64,000 bases of DNA, from the NCBI GenBank assembly GCA_963783305.1, contig CAWAMW010000006.1:1-64000 (forward strand). Direction: 5' to 3'. Below the pieces are notes generated by a model that saw nothing but the letters and a program-made list of their open reading frames with translations, did not search any database and was not told where the DNA came from. Numbering within the stretch: position 1 is the stretch's first letter; each line of letters starts with the position of its first letter. A program made the position numbers and the translations under genes. This DNA comes from an uncultured Gemmatimonadales bacterium. Its GTDB lineage: Bacteria > Gemmatimonadota > Gemmatimonadetes > Longimicrobiales > RSA9. Of this stretch, positions 18,885 through 29,159 are shown piece by piece.

Positions 18885-19562
18885 CTACGATCCGGAAAGG
18901 CCGCTCCGGCGTCGTGTCACGAACGCGATCCCGAAGAGCCCGGTGCCCAGGAGAAAAAGGGTGGCGGGCTCGGGAACGGTCCTGGCGGCTCCGATCCTCA
19001 CGTTGTCGATGCCCGCATTGCGCACCTCACCACCGTAGGCGATGAAATCCACGCGTGCGATGGGAGCGATGGACGTGGCGCCGAAGAACCCGAAACTGCT
19101 GGCGCTCTGGGTGAGGGCGTCGTCGTACAGCAGGCTTCCGCCGCTGTCGTAGAGCCGGATGGTGGGAGCTGCGTAGCGGTTGGTGTAGACGTCGAAGCCA
19201 ATGGCGGTGGCACCGGAGCCACTGATGATGAAGGCAAAAAACAGCTGATCCGCGCCGTTACCGGTGAGGACGTTGCTGGTGATCGTGGCGTCGAAGTTCC
19301 CGGAGCTCGGGCTTCCTGCCGCGGATACCCAGAGCGGGCCGCTCGCGGGATTGATGGCGGTGAACTCCAGCGCGCCTTCGCTGTAGCCCGTGAGGTTCTG
19401 CTCGGTTAGCGCCGACTCGAACGTCGCCTCGATCGAGGACAGCGTCGCGCCGTCGAAGGTGCTGGCATCGGTGAAGATCGATACCTGTGCCGTCGCAGGG
19501 GCCGCGACCAGGAGTGCGAAGCCGACCGCGGCAGGGATGAGGAAAGACGGAAAGCGGATCAT
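18885..19562 (-). CDS. PEP-CTERM sorting domain protein
   Basis: Signal peptide (ATA-QV); C-terminal VPEPATLFLLGTGLFGIAFVTRRR. Confidence 0.9.
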   Translation of the reverse strand: MIRFPSFLIPAAVGFALLVAAPATAQVSIFTDASTFDGATLSSIEATFESALTEQNLTGYSEGALEFTAINPASGPLWVSAAGSPSSGNFDATITSNVLTGNGADQLFFAFIISGSGATAIGFDVYTNRYAAPTIRLYDSGGSLLYDDALTQSASSFGFFGATSIAPIARVDFIAYGGEVRNAGIDNVRIGAARTVPEPATLFLLGTGLFGIAFVTRRRSGLSGS

Positions 19563-20500
19563 TGGCCTTGTAGGTTCCGAGTGAGGTTCGAGTCGCGCTC
19601 TTTCGGGCAACGGTCGTGCCGGCGGCCCGCCCCCTGCGGGCCGTGCGCTGAGCGCTGCGCCGGTGCCACACCCTGTAGACGATCCACCGCGCCTGGAGGG
19701 CGCGACGACCGGTTCTGGCTGCCGGCTTCCTCCCGAGCGAGCGTCGACCCAGCGCGCGGCTGGATCGCGGCCTCGGACTCGACGCCGTGCCGCAGCACCC
19801 CCTCCAGCACCGCCCACACGTTGTCCGCCACGATGCGGTGCCCGCGCGCGTTGGGGTGGATGCCGTCGGACAGGTTGAGCGTCGGCTCGCGAGCCACTCT
19901 CTCCAGGAGGAAGGGGATGAGCGCGGCGTCGTTCTCCTGCGCCAGCTCCCGGTAGAGGTCCCCGAAGCGTTCCACGTATGCGCGGCCCAGGTTCGGCGGC
20001 GCCCGCATGCCGGCGATCACCACCCGTACGTCCGGGTGTGCCGCGCGGACCGTGTCGATGATGCCCTGGAGGTTGGCCTTGGTGGCGGCCAGGTCCTGCC
20101 CGCGGAGCATATCATTGGCGCCCAGCTCGAGCACGAGCACGTCGATGGGCTGCTCCAGGTACCATTCCACCCGCCTCAGCCCGCCCGCGCTGGTCTCGCC
20201 CGACAGCCCCCCGTCGACCACCCGCCAGGGCAGCCCCGCCGAGTCGATCTTCGCCCGGATGAGCGCGGGGAAGGCCGAATCCTGCGCCACGCCGTACCCG
20301 GCCGTGAGGCTGTTGCCCAGGAAGAGGACGGTACCGAGGGTCTGCCGCACATCGTTTCCGGGCGACGTCTGAGCCGGCCGGCTCCCCGGGCCCTCCGCGG
20401 CCCCGGGGCCGGAGCGGGGCTCATCGCCGGCGCAGCCGAGGGCGGCCAGGAGGAGCGTGAGCGGGAGCCGTCGCCCCCGGGGTGATAACTGGATCGGCAT
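19559..20500 (-). CDS. tesA: SGNH arylesterase/thioesterase lipoprotein
   Basis: FLGNSLTAGYG, GLSGETSAGG, ELGAND, DGIHPN; lipobox LGC; divergent from ybbA/ybbP. Confidence 0.85.
   Translation of the reverse strand: MPIQLSPRGRRLPLTLLLAALGCAGDEPRSGPGAAEGPGSRPAQTSPGNDVRQTLGTVLFLGNSLTAGYGVAQDSAFPALIRAKIDSAGLPWRVVDGGLSGETSAGGLRRVEWYLEQPIDVLVLELGANDMLRGQDLAATKANLQGIIDTVRAAHPDVRVVIAGMRAPPNLGRAYVERFGDLYRELAQENDAALIPFLLERVAREPTLNLSDGIHPNARGHRIVADNVWAVLEGVLRHGVESEAAIQPRAGSTLAREEAGSQNRSSRPPGAVDRLQGVAPAQRSAHGPQGAGRRHDRCPKERDSNLTRNLQGQ
19606..19621 (-). promoter_or_regulatory. sigma54-type promoter of the PEP-CTERM gene
   Basis: CGGCACGACCGTTGCC = GG-N10-GC, close to TGGCACG-N4-TTGC, about 44 bp upstream of ATG. 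Confidence 0.65.
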
Positions 20501-20564
20501 GGCCTCGCATCTCGGAGTGGGTCGGGCTCCCGTACCGGAGCACCCGCCGCTAGGTTCCCCCGCC

Positions 20565-21269
20565 ATGATGATCGAAGCGCGGGGCCTGACCAAGACCTAC
20601 CCCAGCGGGGGACGCACGCTGACCGTCCTGCACGAGGCGGACCTGGCCGTGCCGGCGCACCAGCTGGTGGCGGTGGTGGGGCCGTCGGGCAGCGGCAAGA
20701 CCACGCTCCTCGGTCTGCTGGCCGGGCTGGACCGCCCCACGGCGGGCAGCGTGCGGCTGGACGGCACCGATCTGGCCGACCTGGGCGAGGACGCGCGGGC
20801 GGAGCTGCGGGCGGAGAAGGTGGGGTTCGTGTTCCAGACCTTCCACCTGCTGCCCACGCTCACGGCGCTGGAGAACGTGCTGGTGCCGCTGGAGCTGCGC
20901 GGGCTGCGCGAGACCGCGGCCGGCGAGCCCATCCGCGCCCGGGCGGAGACCTTGCTGCAGCGCGTTGGACTCGGGGAGCGGATCCACCACTACCCGACCC
21001 AGCTCTCGGGTGGGGAGCAGCAGCGGGTGGCCGTGGCGCGCGCCTTCGCCAACGCCCCGCGCATCCTCTTCGCCGACGAGCCCACGGGCAACCTGGACAC
21101 GGCCACGGGCGCCCGGGTGATCGACCTGCTGCTGGACATGAACCGGGAGGCCGGCTCCACGGTGGTGCTCGTGACGCACGACCCGGCGCTGGCGGAGCGC
21201 TGCGACCGCGTGGTGCGCCTGGCGGGCGGGCGAGTGGTGGACGATGCGCTCACCGGGGCAGGGTCGTGA
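20565..21269 (+). CDS. ybbA: ABC transporter ATP-binding protein
   Basis: GPSGSGKTT, LSGGEQQRVA, FADEPTGNLD; tesA-ybbA-ybbP synteny. Confidence 0.9.
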   Translation: MMIEARGLTKTYPSGGRTLTVLHEADLAVPAHQLVAVVGPSGSGKTTLLGLLAGLDRPTAGSVRLDGTDLADLGEDARAELRAEKVGFVFQTFHLLPTLTALENVLVPLELRGLRETAAGEPIRARAETLLQRVGLGERIHHYPTQLSGGEQQRVAVARAFANAPRILFADEPTGNLDTATGARVIDLLLDMNREAGSTVVLVTHDPALAERCDRVVRLAGGRVVDDALTGAGS

Positions 21270-21327
21270 CGGCCCCGACCGTGAGGTGCACCGCCACCGG
21301 GCAGGCGCTCGCCCCGACGCGCCGCTG

Positions 21328-23886
21328 ATGGCGCGGCCTCTCCCCTTCGCACTGCGCCACGCGCTCCGGGAGCTCCGCTCCTCGTGGCGGCGGCTGGGGC
21401 TGCACATGGCGGCCATCGCGCTGGGCGTGGCGGCGCTCGTGGCCATCAACTCCTTCCGCGCCGCCGTCGAGGGATCCGTGGCCGAGGAGGGCAGGGCCCT
21501 GCTCGGCGCCGACGTGCGCCTGGAGGCCAGCGTGCCGCTGGACTCGGGCGACGTGGGCGCCGTGCTGGACACGCTGGCCGCGCGCGGCGTTCCCATCGCG
21601 CGCGTCACGCGCCTGGCCTCCATGGTCATGGCCCGCCCCTCAGGCGACGTGCGCCTCCTCCAGGTGCGCGCGGTGGAGGGGGGGTGGCCGTTCTACGGCC
21701 CTGTCGAGACCTCCCCGGCCGGACGCTGGCCCCTGGCGCCGGACGCCCCGCGCGCACTGGTGGATCCGGCGGTGCTCGTCCAGCTCGACGCGGCCGTGGG
21801 GGACACGCTGCTCATCGGGGAAGCCCGTTTCGTCATCGACGGGACCGTCGAGGATCTCACGGGCGACGTCGCCATCCAGACCGCCATCGGGCCCCGCGTC
21901 TGGATCCCCCGCGCGCGACTGGGGGACACCGGCCTGGACCGCTACGGGAGCATCATCCAGCACCAGGCCTACCTGCGCATGCAGGACCCCGCGCCCCTCG
22001 AGGCCGCCACGGGGGGCGATCCTGACGCCTTCTTCCGACCCCGCCTGGTGGATTACGACACGGCGCGCGAGCAGCTGGATCGCCTCACGGACTCGCTGGG
22101 GGCGGTGGGACGGTTCCTGGGCCTCGTCGCCCTCATGGCGCTGCTCCTGGGAGGCGTGGGCGTGGGAAGCGCGGTGAACGTGTTCGTGCGCGAGCGGCTG
22201 GCGTCGGCCGCGGTGCTGCGCTGCGTGGGTGCGAGCCAGCGCACCGTCTTCGCGGCCTATCTGCTGGAGACCACGGCGCTGGCGCTGGCCGGCGCGGCCG
22301 CGGGCGCGCTCCTGGGGCTGGCGGTGCAGGCGGCGCTGCCGCTGGTCCTGGGCGGGTTCCTGCCGGTGGCGGTGGGGTTCCGCGTCTACTTCGGACCGGT
22401 GCTGGCGGGGCTGGCCATCGGCGCGTGGGTGGGCGCGCTCTTCGCGCTCCTCCCGCTGTTGGGCGTGCGCGGTGTGGCGCCGCTGGAGGCGCTGCGGTCG
22501 GGGTTCGACTCGCGGACCTCCTTCCTTCGCGATCCGTGGCGCTGGCTGACGCTGGGCGCGCTGGCGGCCACGGTTACCGCGCTGGCGGTGTGGCAGGCGC
22601 CCACCCCGGCCGTCGGGCTGGGCTTCGCCGGAGGGCTTGCCGGCGTGCTCCTGCTGCTGTGGGCGGCCGCGTTCGCGCTGCTCCGCCTGCTCCGGCGCGG
22701 CTTTCCCGCGCGTGCGCCCTTCGTGGTGCGCCAGGGGGTGGCCAACCTGCACCGGCCGCGCAACCAGACGGTGGCGGTGACGCTGGCGCTGGGCCTGGGC
22801 GTGTTCCTGGTCACCTCCACCTGGCTGGTGCAGTCCAACCTGCTGGATCGCCTGCGCGTGGACCCATCGCGGGATCGGCCGAACCTGCTCCTCTTCGACA
22901 TCCAGACCGACCAGGTGGCGGGGGTGCGCGCCCTGGCCGACTCGCTGGCCGTGCCGCTCGGGGACCTGACGCCGCTGGTTTCCGCCCGCCTGGCGGCGCT
23001 GAACGGCACTCCCGTGGGCGAGCTCCTGGCGGACTCGCTGGTGGAGCCATGGGCCGTCCGCCGCGACTACCGCAATACCTATCGGGACTCGCTCGTGGCC
23101 ACCGAGGAGCTGGTGGCCGGCGCCTGGTTCGACCGGGACGCGCGGCCCCCGGGGTCGCCCGGGCTGCCGCGCATCTCGCTGGAAGAGGGGGTGGCCGAGG
23201 AGCTGGGGGTGGGCGTGGGAGACCGCATCACCTGGGACGTGCAGGGTCGCGCCATCGAAACGGAGATCACGAACCTGCGGCGGGTGGACTGGGCGCGCTT
23301 CGCGCCCAACTTCTTCGTGGTGTTCGAGCCGGGCGTGCTGGAGCGCGCGCCGCAGACGGTGATCGCCCTGGCGCGGGCGCCCGGCGGGTCGAGCGCCGAG
23401 CTCCAGCGGGCGCTGGTGCGCCGCTACCCCAACGTCTCCGCGCTGGACCTGGCGCGCGTCCAGGAGGCCGTGGAAGGGGTGCTCTCACGCGTCACCGCCG
23501 CCGTGCGGTTCCTGGGCCTCTTCACCGTGGCGGCGGGCCTCGTGGTGCTGGCGGGCGCGCTCTCGGCCACGCGCCACCAGCGCCTGCGCGAGAGCGCGCT
23601 GCTCCGCACGCTGGGCGCCCGGCGCGGCCAGGTGGCCAGCGTGCTGGTGGTGGAGTACGTGGCCGTGGGGCTCCTGGCCGCGTTCATCGGGGCGACGCTC
23701 GCGACGCTGGGCGGTTGGGCGCTCGTAACGCGCTGGTTCGACCTTCCCTTCCGGCTCCCCGTGGTGGGCCTCCTCGTGATCGCCGCCGGCGCCGCCGCGG
23801 TGACGGCGGGAGTGGCGTGGCTGGGGGGACGAGACGTGGTGACGCGCTCGCCGGTGGTGATGCTGCGGGAGACGGAGGAGGCGTAG
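21328..23886 (+). CDS. ybbP: FtsX-like ABC permease
   Basis: Duplicated FtsX architecture; LLGAD, LFDIQ.DQ, VDW..F.PNFF. Confidence 0.9.
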   Translation: MARPLPFALRHALRELRSSWRRLGLHMAAIALGVAALVAINSFRAAVEGSVAEEGRALLGADVRLEASVPLDSGDVGAVLDTLAARGVPIARVTRLASMVMARPSGDVRLLQVRAVEGGWPFYGPVETSPAGRWPLAPDAPRALVDPAVLVQLDAAVGDTLLIGEARFVIDGTVEDLTGDVAIQTAIGPRVWIPRARLGDTGLDRYGSIIQHQAYLRMQDPAPLEAATGGDPDAFFRPRLVDYDTAREQLDRLTDSLGAVGRFLGLVALMALLLGGVGVGSAVNVFVRERLASAAVLRCVGASQRTVFAAYLLETTALALAGAAAGALLGLAVQAALPLVLGGFLPVAVGFRVYFGPVLAGLAIGAWVGALFALLPLLGVRGVAPLEALRSGFDSRTSFLRDPWRWLTLGALAATVTALAVWQAPTPAVGLGFAGGLAGVLLLLWAAAFALLRLLRRGFPARAPFVVRQGVANLHRPRNQTVAVTLALGLGVFLVTSTWLVQSNLLDRLRVDPSRDRPNLLLFDIQTDQVAGVRALADSLAVPLGDLTPLVSARLAALNGTPVGELLADSLVEPWAVRRDYRNTYRDSLVATEELVAGAWFDRDARPPGSPGLPRISLEEGVAEELGVGVGDRITWDVQGRAIETEITNLRRVDWARFAPNFFVVFEPGVLERAPQTVIALARAPGGSSAELQRALVRRYPNVSALDLARVQEAVEGVLSRVTAAVRFLGLFTVAAGLVVLAGALSATRHQRLRESALLRTLGARRGQVASVLVVEYVAVGLLAAFIGATLATLGGWALVTRWFDLPFRLPVVGLLVIAAGAAAVTAGVAWLGGRDVVTRSPVVMLRETEEA

Positions 23887-23936
23887 CGCCGCGGTGGCCG
23901 CGGCACACGCCCCGGGGTGCGGGGTACGCGTCGCCC

Positions 23937-25889
23937 ATGCGAACCTACAGTCAGTCCTCCGCCCGAACGGCCCGCTCGGGCACTCGCTCCCGGACCGACT
24001 CGCCCGACGCGACCCCCTCGACCGCCGACCTCGGGCCGGGCGCTGAGAAGGGCCGCTCCGCGCGATTCCGCGACGCCTGGCCGGAGGTCCGGCGGCTGCT
24101 CCACCGGCACCGGCGCTCCCTGGCCCTCGGGCTCGTTCTCATGCTCTTCAACCGGGTGGCGGGGCTCGTGCTGCCGGGGACCACCAAGTTCCTCATTGAC
24201 GACGTGGTGGGGCAGGGGAACACGGCGCTGCTGCTCCCGCTGGCGGGCGCGGCGGCGCTGGCGACGCTGGTGCAGGCCAGCACGGGCTTCGGCCTGGCCC
24301 AGGTGGTCAGCGTGGCCGGCCAGCGGGCCATCGCGGAGATGCGCGAGTCGATCCAGGCGCACGTGGTCCACCTGCCCGTCTCGTATTTCGACTCCACGAA
24401 GTCCGGCGTCCTCATCTCCCGCGTCATGACGGACGCAGAGGGCGTCCGGAACCTGGTGGGCACCGGCATCATAAACCTGGTGGGCGGCTTCTTCACGGCC
24501 ATCGTGGCGGCGGGACTGCTCTTCTACCTCAACTGGCAGATGACGCTGGCGGTGCTGGTGGTGCTGCTGACGTTCGGCGCCGTCATGGCCACGGCCTTCA
24601 AGCGACTCCGTCCCATCTTCCGCGAGCGGGGCAGGATCCAGGCGGACGTTACGGGCCGCCTGGCGGAGGGGTTGGGCGGGATCCGCGTGGTGAAGACCTA
24701 CGTGGCGGAGCCCAGGGAGGAGGAGGTCTTCAGCGGCGGTGTGATGCGCCTCTTCAGGAACATCTCCAGCACGATCCTGGGCACCTCCGCCGTGTCCGCC
24801 TTCGCCACGCTGATCGTGGGCGCTCTGGGCGTCATGATCATGATCATGGGCGGGCGCTCCATCGCCGCCGGAGCCATGACCCTGGGCGACTTCGTCCTCT
24901 ACATCTTCTACGTGGGGCTCATGGCCGCGCCGCTGGTGCAGATCGCCGGTGTGGGCACGCAGATGACCGAGGCGTTCGCGGGGCTGGACCGGATCCGTGA
25001 GCTGCGCCAGGTGGCGCGTGAGGACGAGGACGAGGACGGTCGCGAGGAGCTGGACGACGTCCGCGGCGACGTCTCTTTCGAGGATGTCAGCTTCGAGTAC
25101 GCGCCTGGCGTGCCCGTGATCAGCGACGTCAGCTTCCACGCCCCCGCGGGCAGCACCACGGCGCTGGTGGGCCCCAGCGGCGCCGGCAAGTCTACGCTCA
25201 TCGGGCTGGTCATGGCCTTCCATCGGCCCACCCGGGGCACCGTCCGGGTCGACGACCACGACCTCTCCCGGGTGCGGCTGCACGGCTACAGGCGTCACCT
25301 GGGCGTGGTCCCGCAGGACAACTTCCTCTTCGACGGCACCATCCGTGAGAACATCGCCTACGGCCGTCCCCATGCGGCCGAGGAGGACATCCGGCGCGCC
25401 GCGGCCGTGGCCCACTGCGACGAGTTCATCGACCGCTTCGAGGAGGGGCTGGACACGGTCATCGGAGAGCGCGGGGTGAAGCTGAGCGGCGGGCAGCGGC
25501 AGCGCGTGGCCATCGCCCGCGCGGTGCTTGCGGACCCCCGCATCCTCATCCTGGACGAGGCCACCAGCTCCCTGGACTCCGAGTCCGAGGCCATGATCCG
25601 CGACGGCATGGACCGCCTGCGCCACGGCCGCACCACCTTCGTCATCGCCCACCGCCTGTCCACCATCCGCAGCGCCGACCAGATCCTGGTCATGGACGAC
25701 GGCGCCGTGGTGGAGCGCGGGACCCACCAGGAGCTGCTGGCGCTTGGCGGGCTGTACCGCCGGCTCTACGAGAAGCAGCACGGTGCGGAGAGCGACCGCT
25801 TCATCAATCCCGGTGAGGAGTTCGGGGACGAGGCGGCGGACCCGAGAGCGGAGCTGGGCGGCGCGGGGCGACCGTCGCGCTCGCTCTAG
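23937..25889 (+). CDS. Fused ABC exporter (TMD plus NBD, MsbA/MdlB-like)
   Basis: Multi-TM domain, GPSGAGKST, LSGGQRQR, ILDEATS, IAHRLST. Confidence 0.95.
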   Translation: MRTYSQSSARTARSGTRSRTDSPDATPSTADLGPGAEKGRSARFRDAWPEVRRLLHRHRRSLALGLVLMLFNRVAGLVLPGTTKFLIDDVVGQGNTALLLPLAGAAALATLVQASTGFGLAQVVSVAGQRAIAEMRESIQAHVVHLPVSYFDSTKSGVLISRVMTDAEGVRNLVGTGIINLVGGFFTAIVAAGLLFYLNWQMTLAVLVVLLTFGAVMATAFKRLRPIFRERGRIQADVTGRLAEGLGGIRVVKTYVAEPREEEVFSGGVMRLFRNISSTILGTSAVSAFATLIVGALGVMIMIMGGRSIAAGAMTLGDFVLYIFYVGLMAAPLVQIAGVGTQMTEAFAGLDRIRELRQVAREDEDEDGREELDDVRGDVSFEDVSFEYAPGVPVISDVSFHAPAGSTTALVGPSGAGKSTLIGLVMAFHRPTRGTVRVDDHDLSRVRLHGYRRHLGVVPQDNFLFDGTIRENIAYGRPHAAEEDIRRAAAVAHCDEFIDRFEEGLDTVIGERGVKLSGGQRQRVAIARAVLADPRILILDEATSSLDSESEAMIRDGMDRLRHGRTTFVIAHRLSTIRSADQILVMDDGAVVERGTHQELLALGGLYRRLYEKQHGAESDRFINPGEEFGDEAADPRAELGGAGRPSRSL

Positions 25890-25915
25890 GGGCCGACCTC
25901 CGCCCACGGCTGCCG

Positions 25916-26932
25916 CTACGCCAGGCGCCCCCGACCCGAGTCCGCTGCCAGGATCAGCGCCCGCGGGTATGGCCGGAAGTAGAGCTGCTCCCGGAGGTAG
26001 CCTTCGTCGAACCGTTCCACCCAGCTCGACAGCACGGCCAGGAGCGCCTGGATCGGCAGCCGTCCCAGCCGGTAGTCCTCCTGCAGGTCGAGGAACTGGC
26101 GCTTCTCGGCCGGGGCCAGTTCCTCCTTGAAGTAGCCCTGCGCGTGCTGGATCGCATTTATGTGCGCACCCCGGCTCGCCGGCTTGGCCATGGCTGCGGC
26201 GAGCCCTGCTCTGTACTCGGAGATGAGCGCGCCGAAATCCGTGGCGGCGCCCGCTGTCGCCACCCGCTGGCCCAGCCGCCGCTGCCCCTCCGGCGAGTGC
26301 GCCATGAGCACCAGCTTGTGGCGCGTGTGGAAGTCCACGAGTCCCGCCGGACCCGCCGCCTCCGCGGCACGCAGCCGCGCGCTCGACCACACCCGCGTCA
26401 GCCAGTGGTGCCGGATCTCCGCATTGGTCAGCCGGCCCTCATCCTCCATCGCGCTGTCCGGGTACCGCTTTACCATCACCGCTGCGAACATGCCCGTCCC
26501 GCGCGCGGTCACCGGCGCCTCCCCGGCGTATACCTTCACATCGCCGACCCCGCACGACGGCGACCGGCCCTTGAGCAGCAGACCGTCCACCCGGTTTGTG
26601 CCGTTCGCGAAGGACTCGCCGAACGCCAGCATCCGCTGCGTCAGATCCTTCCCGGTGGACGGCTGCACCAGCCGTAACGCGCCGTCCTCCGACTCCAGCG
26701 ACACGCCCTCCGGGCTCTCGCCTCGCTCGATCCGGATGGGGTCACGGGGCACCCCCAGACCGATCTCGACCTCCGGACACACCGGCACGTACTCCACGTG
26801 CGGCTCCAGCAGCCGCACCACCGTCGACCGGATGCCCTGGCCGTTGTACCGGCACGCGTCCAGCTCCAGACAGCGGCTCAGCACCACCCGCGGCCGCACC
26901 TCCGCATGACCGCTACCCGATCCTCCTTCCAT
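25916..26932 (-). CDS. ybgA: DUF523/DUF1722 (YbgA) family protein
   Basis: S.CL...CRYNG, VCPEV.IGLGVPR, K.RSPSCG, EDEGRL, FH..HK..LMAHS, YL.EQ.YF.PYP. Confidence 0.9.
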   Translation of the reverse strand: MEGGSGSGHAEVRPRVVLSRCLELDACRYNGQGIRSTVVRLLEPHVEYVPVCPEVEIGLGVPRDPIRIERGESPEGVSLESEDGALRLVQPSTGKDLTQRMLAFGESFANGTNRVDGLLLKGRSPSCGVGDVKVYAGEAPVTARGTGMFAAVMVKRYPDSAMEDEGRLTNAEIRHHWLTRVWSSARLRAAEAAGPAGLVDFHTRHKLVLMAHSPEGQRRLGQRVATAGAATDFGALISEYRAGLAAAMAKPASRGAHINAIQHAQGYFKEELAPAEKRQFLDLQEDYRLGRLPIQALLAVLSSWVERFDEGYLREQLYFRPYPRALILAADSGRGRLA

Positions 26933-27279
26933 GTCGCCTCCTCAGCCCATGACTTCCAGACCGACCTTATGGATCCCCCCCCGACCACTGCTCGCGAAGG
27001 TAGTGCACCGGCGGGGCAGGGACCACGAGACGCTATCGCCGGCTGTGGTAGTACTCCCTACTCCACCGGGGGCGGGCGGGCGGGAGGGCAGGGCGCGAAG
27101 TGGCGGCTTTCGAGGGAGTAGAAGATCCTTCCATTCGTCGGGGCCGATGGTTTACTATGGGACCGCATCCCGCCTCGGGCGGGAGCGCACTTCTGGCGTC
27201 GCCGGGCCCCCCCTCGCGCACGCGCCGAGCTCGGGCCGTCCGGGCGCCGGAGCCCCCCTCTTCGACCGGAGGCTTCCTC

Positions 27280-28230
27280 ATCACTGCCGGACGATCCCGT
27301 TCCGTCGTTCTGCCGGCGCTGCTCCTCGTTTTGCTGCTGGCCGCGGCGGACCTCTGGGCTGCCCACCACTTCGGGGTGGGGATCCGCGACCCCGGGCAGC
27401 TCGCGGTCCTGCTCTCCGCCGCGGGTGCCGCCTATGGCGTGGTCGGATGGTTCCTGACGAAAGAGGAGCGGGAGGGCGCGTCCACGCGGCTCCGGGACCG
27501 GCTCCGGCCCATTGCCCTCAGCCCGTGGCTCATCGCCGTGCTCTGGGCCGCGTTCCTCGTTGCGACCCTGCTCTTCTCCTCCCTCACGATCGTCGGCGAG
27601 CCCGGCGGGCGGCTGGCCGCGGTGACCGTCGTGCCGCAGGACACCGACGCCCCCGAGCCGACCGCCCGGACTGCCGGTCCCGGCGACCGCCAGCTCCGGA
27701 TCCCGCTCCTGACCAGCCCGCTGGCGGGGCCGTACGTGGTCCGGGCCGATGGCTACCTCCCGACGTCCGTCGACGTCCTCCCGCTGGTGGGGGCGCGGCT
27801 CCGGCTGGGGCGGGACGTGGCCCGGGTGCCGTCGCTCCTGATCCGCCCCGCGGGTGATCTCCTGGACGCGCTCCGGCTGGCCGGCCAGCTCCAGGTGCTC
27901 AGGCGTACCGACGAGCTGAGGGAGATCGCTCGCAGCCAGCCGGGCGACTACGGCAGCTTCCTCATCGGGCCTGCCCAGCCCACGCTCCGCGACTACCTGT
28001 CGAACTGGGAGCGGGAGCTCGTGGTGCAGGGCGTGAGCGGCGCGGTGGGGGTGAACCGGCATCTGCTCGACTGGCAGCGGGTCCACTCGCTGCCGACCCG
28101 CGAAGCGCTGGGCCCGGGCGACACCGTCGTCGTGCGGGTCCTGTCCCGCGCCGGCCGGACCATGGCGGAAAAGGAGATCGTGCTCCGGACCGTGGACCTC
28201 GAGGACGTGTTCCTCGGGCCGGGCCGCTGA
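27280..28230 (+). CDS. Membrane protein, unknown function (start uncertain; frame open from 27100)
   Basis: Three hydrophobic segments then a soluble domain; GGAGG at 27268-27272 precedes in-frame ATC. Confidence 0.65.
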   Translation: MTAGRSRSVVLPALLLVLLLAAADLWAAHHFGVGIRDPGQLAVLLSAAGAAYGVVGWFLTKEEREGASTRLRDRLRPIALSPWLIAVLWAAFLVATLLFSSLTIVGEPGGRLAAVTVVPQDTDAPEPTARTAGPGDRQLRIPLLTSPLAGPYVVRADGYLPTSVDVLPLVGARLRLGRDVARVPSLLIRPAGDLLDALRLAGQLQVLRRTDELREIARSQPGDYGSFLIGPAQPTLRDYLSNWERELVVQGVSGAVGVNRHLLDWQRVHSLPTREALGPGDTVVVRVLSRAGRTMAEKEIVLRTVDLEDVFLGPGR

Positions 28231-28244
28231 CAGAAAAGGATCCC

Positions 28245-29159
28245 ATGCGAAGCCTCATCGGTGCCCTGCTGATCGCCACCCTGATCCCCGCCCCCGCGAC
28301 GGCCCAGAAGACGCGGGTCCGAGCGGAGTTCCGCATCCTCGACCCGTCGTACGTGGCGTTCTTCAGCGATGACGAGCGGGTTCGCCTCGAGCGCGACGCC
28401 GCCCAACTCGTGGCCGACCACCTGGCCGACCGGCTCCCCATCCTCGAAATGGTCACCGGCGACACCGCCGCGTACGTCCTCCGGGTCGAGCTGAACCGGC
28501 GCGGCGGTGCAGACGCCAACCCCCTGGAGGCGGATCGCGGCCTGATCGCCTCGCTCGAGGGGCCGGACGGCGCCCGGCCCGCGACGTGGTGGGGGCTCTT
28601 CCGGAAAGCCGACGCCGCCGGCAGTGGCTTCGATTCCGGCGACGACACCCTGCCCGCCGACCGGCTCTTCCTCCACCACATCCAGCTCGCCATCGAAAGC
28701 GCCAATGTCAACGCCCTGGTCCGCGACCAGATCTCCGCCGTGCCCATCGCCGAGGACGGCCGGATCTGGGCCCCGCCGCCCGGCGAGTTCGGCTGGGTCG
28801 CGCCCCTGCTCCGACAGCAGCTCTGCCTGGCCGAAGGGACCAGCCTCCTGATCCAGGTCTTCGTGCCCAGCCCCTTCGACCCCGATCCGTCGCCCAGGAT
28901 CTTCAAGGCCCTCGTCGAGAGCGATTTCGACGCCGCACGCGCCTTCGGCGGTCAGGTCCCACCCAGTTTCCGCGGGTTCGAGCACGGCGTCTTCGCCCGT
29001 CCCGACTCGCTCGACCAGGCCGGAATGGACCAGCTCCTGCAAAGCGACTCCGTCCGCGTCCAGCGGATCTTCCTCCAGCGCTTCGAGCGCGACCCCGGCA
29101 TCTGTGAACGGGCCGCCGATCCGCTGGCCGCGGAAGAGCTGGCGGGAGGTGGGTCATGA
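28245..29159 (+). CDS. Secreted protein, unknown function
   Basis: Signal peptide ending ATA-QK; coding-like codon bias; ATGA overlap with the next gene. Confidence 0.75.
   Translation: MRSLIGALLIATLIPAPATAQKTRVRAEFRILDPSYVAFFSDDERVRLERDAAQLVADHLADRLPILEMVTGDTAAYVLRVELNRRGGADANPLEADRGLIASLEGPDGARPATWWGLFRKADAAGSGFDSGDDTLPADRLFLHHIQLAIESANVNALVRDQISAVPIAEDGRIWAPPPGEFGWVAPLLRQQLCLAEGTSLLIQVFVPSPFDPDPSPRIFKALVESDFDAARAFGGQVPPSFRGFEHGVFARPDSLDQAGMDQLLQSDSVRVQRIFLQRFERDPGICERAADPLAAEELAGGGS

Noticed and set aside
22425..23936. N-terminal extension making a 1154-aa ABC protein
   Set aside because: Overlaps ybbP in another frame; the plausible start is ATG 23937
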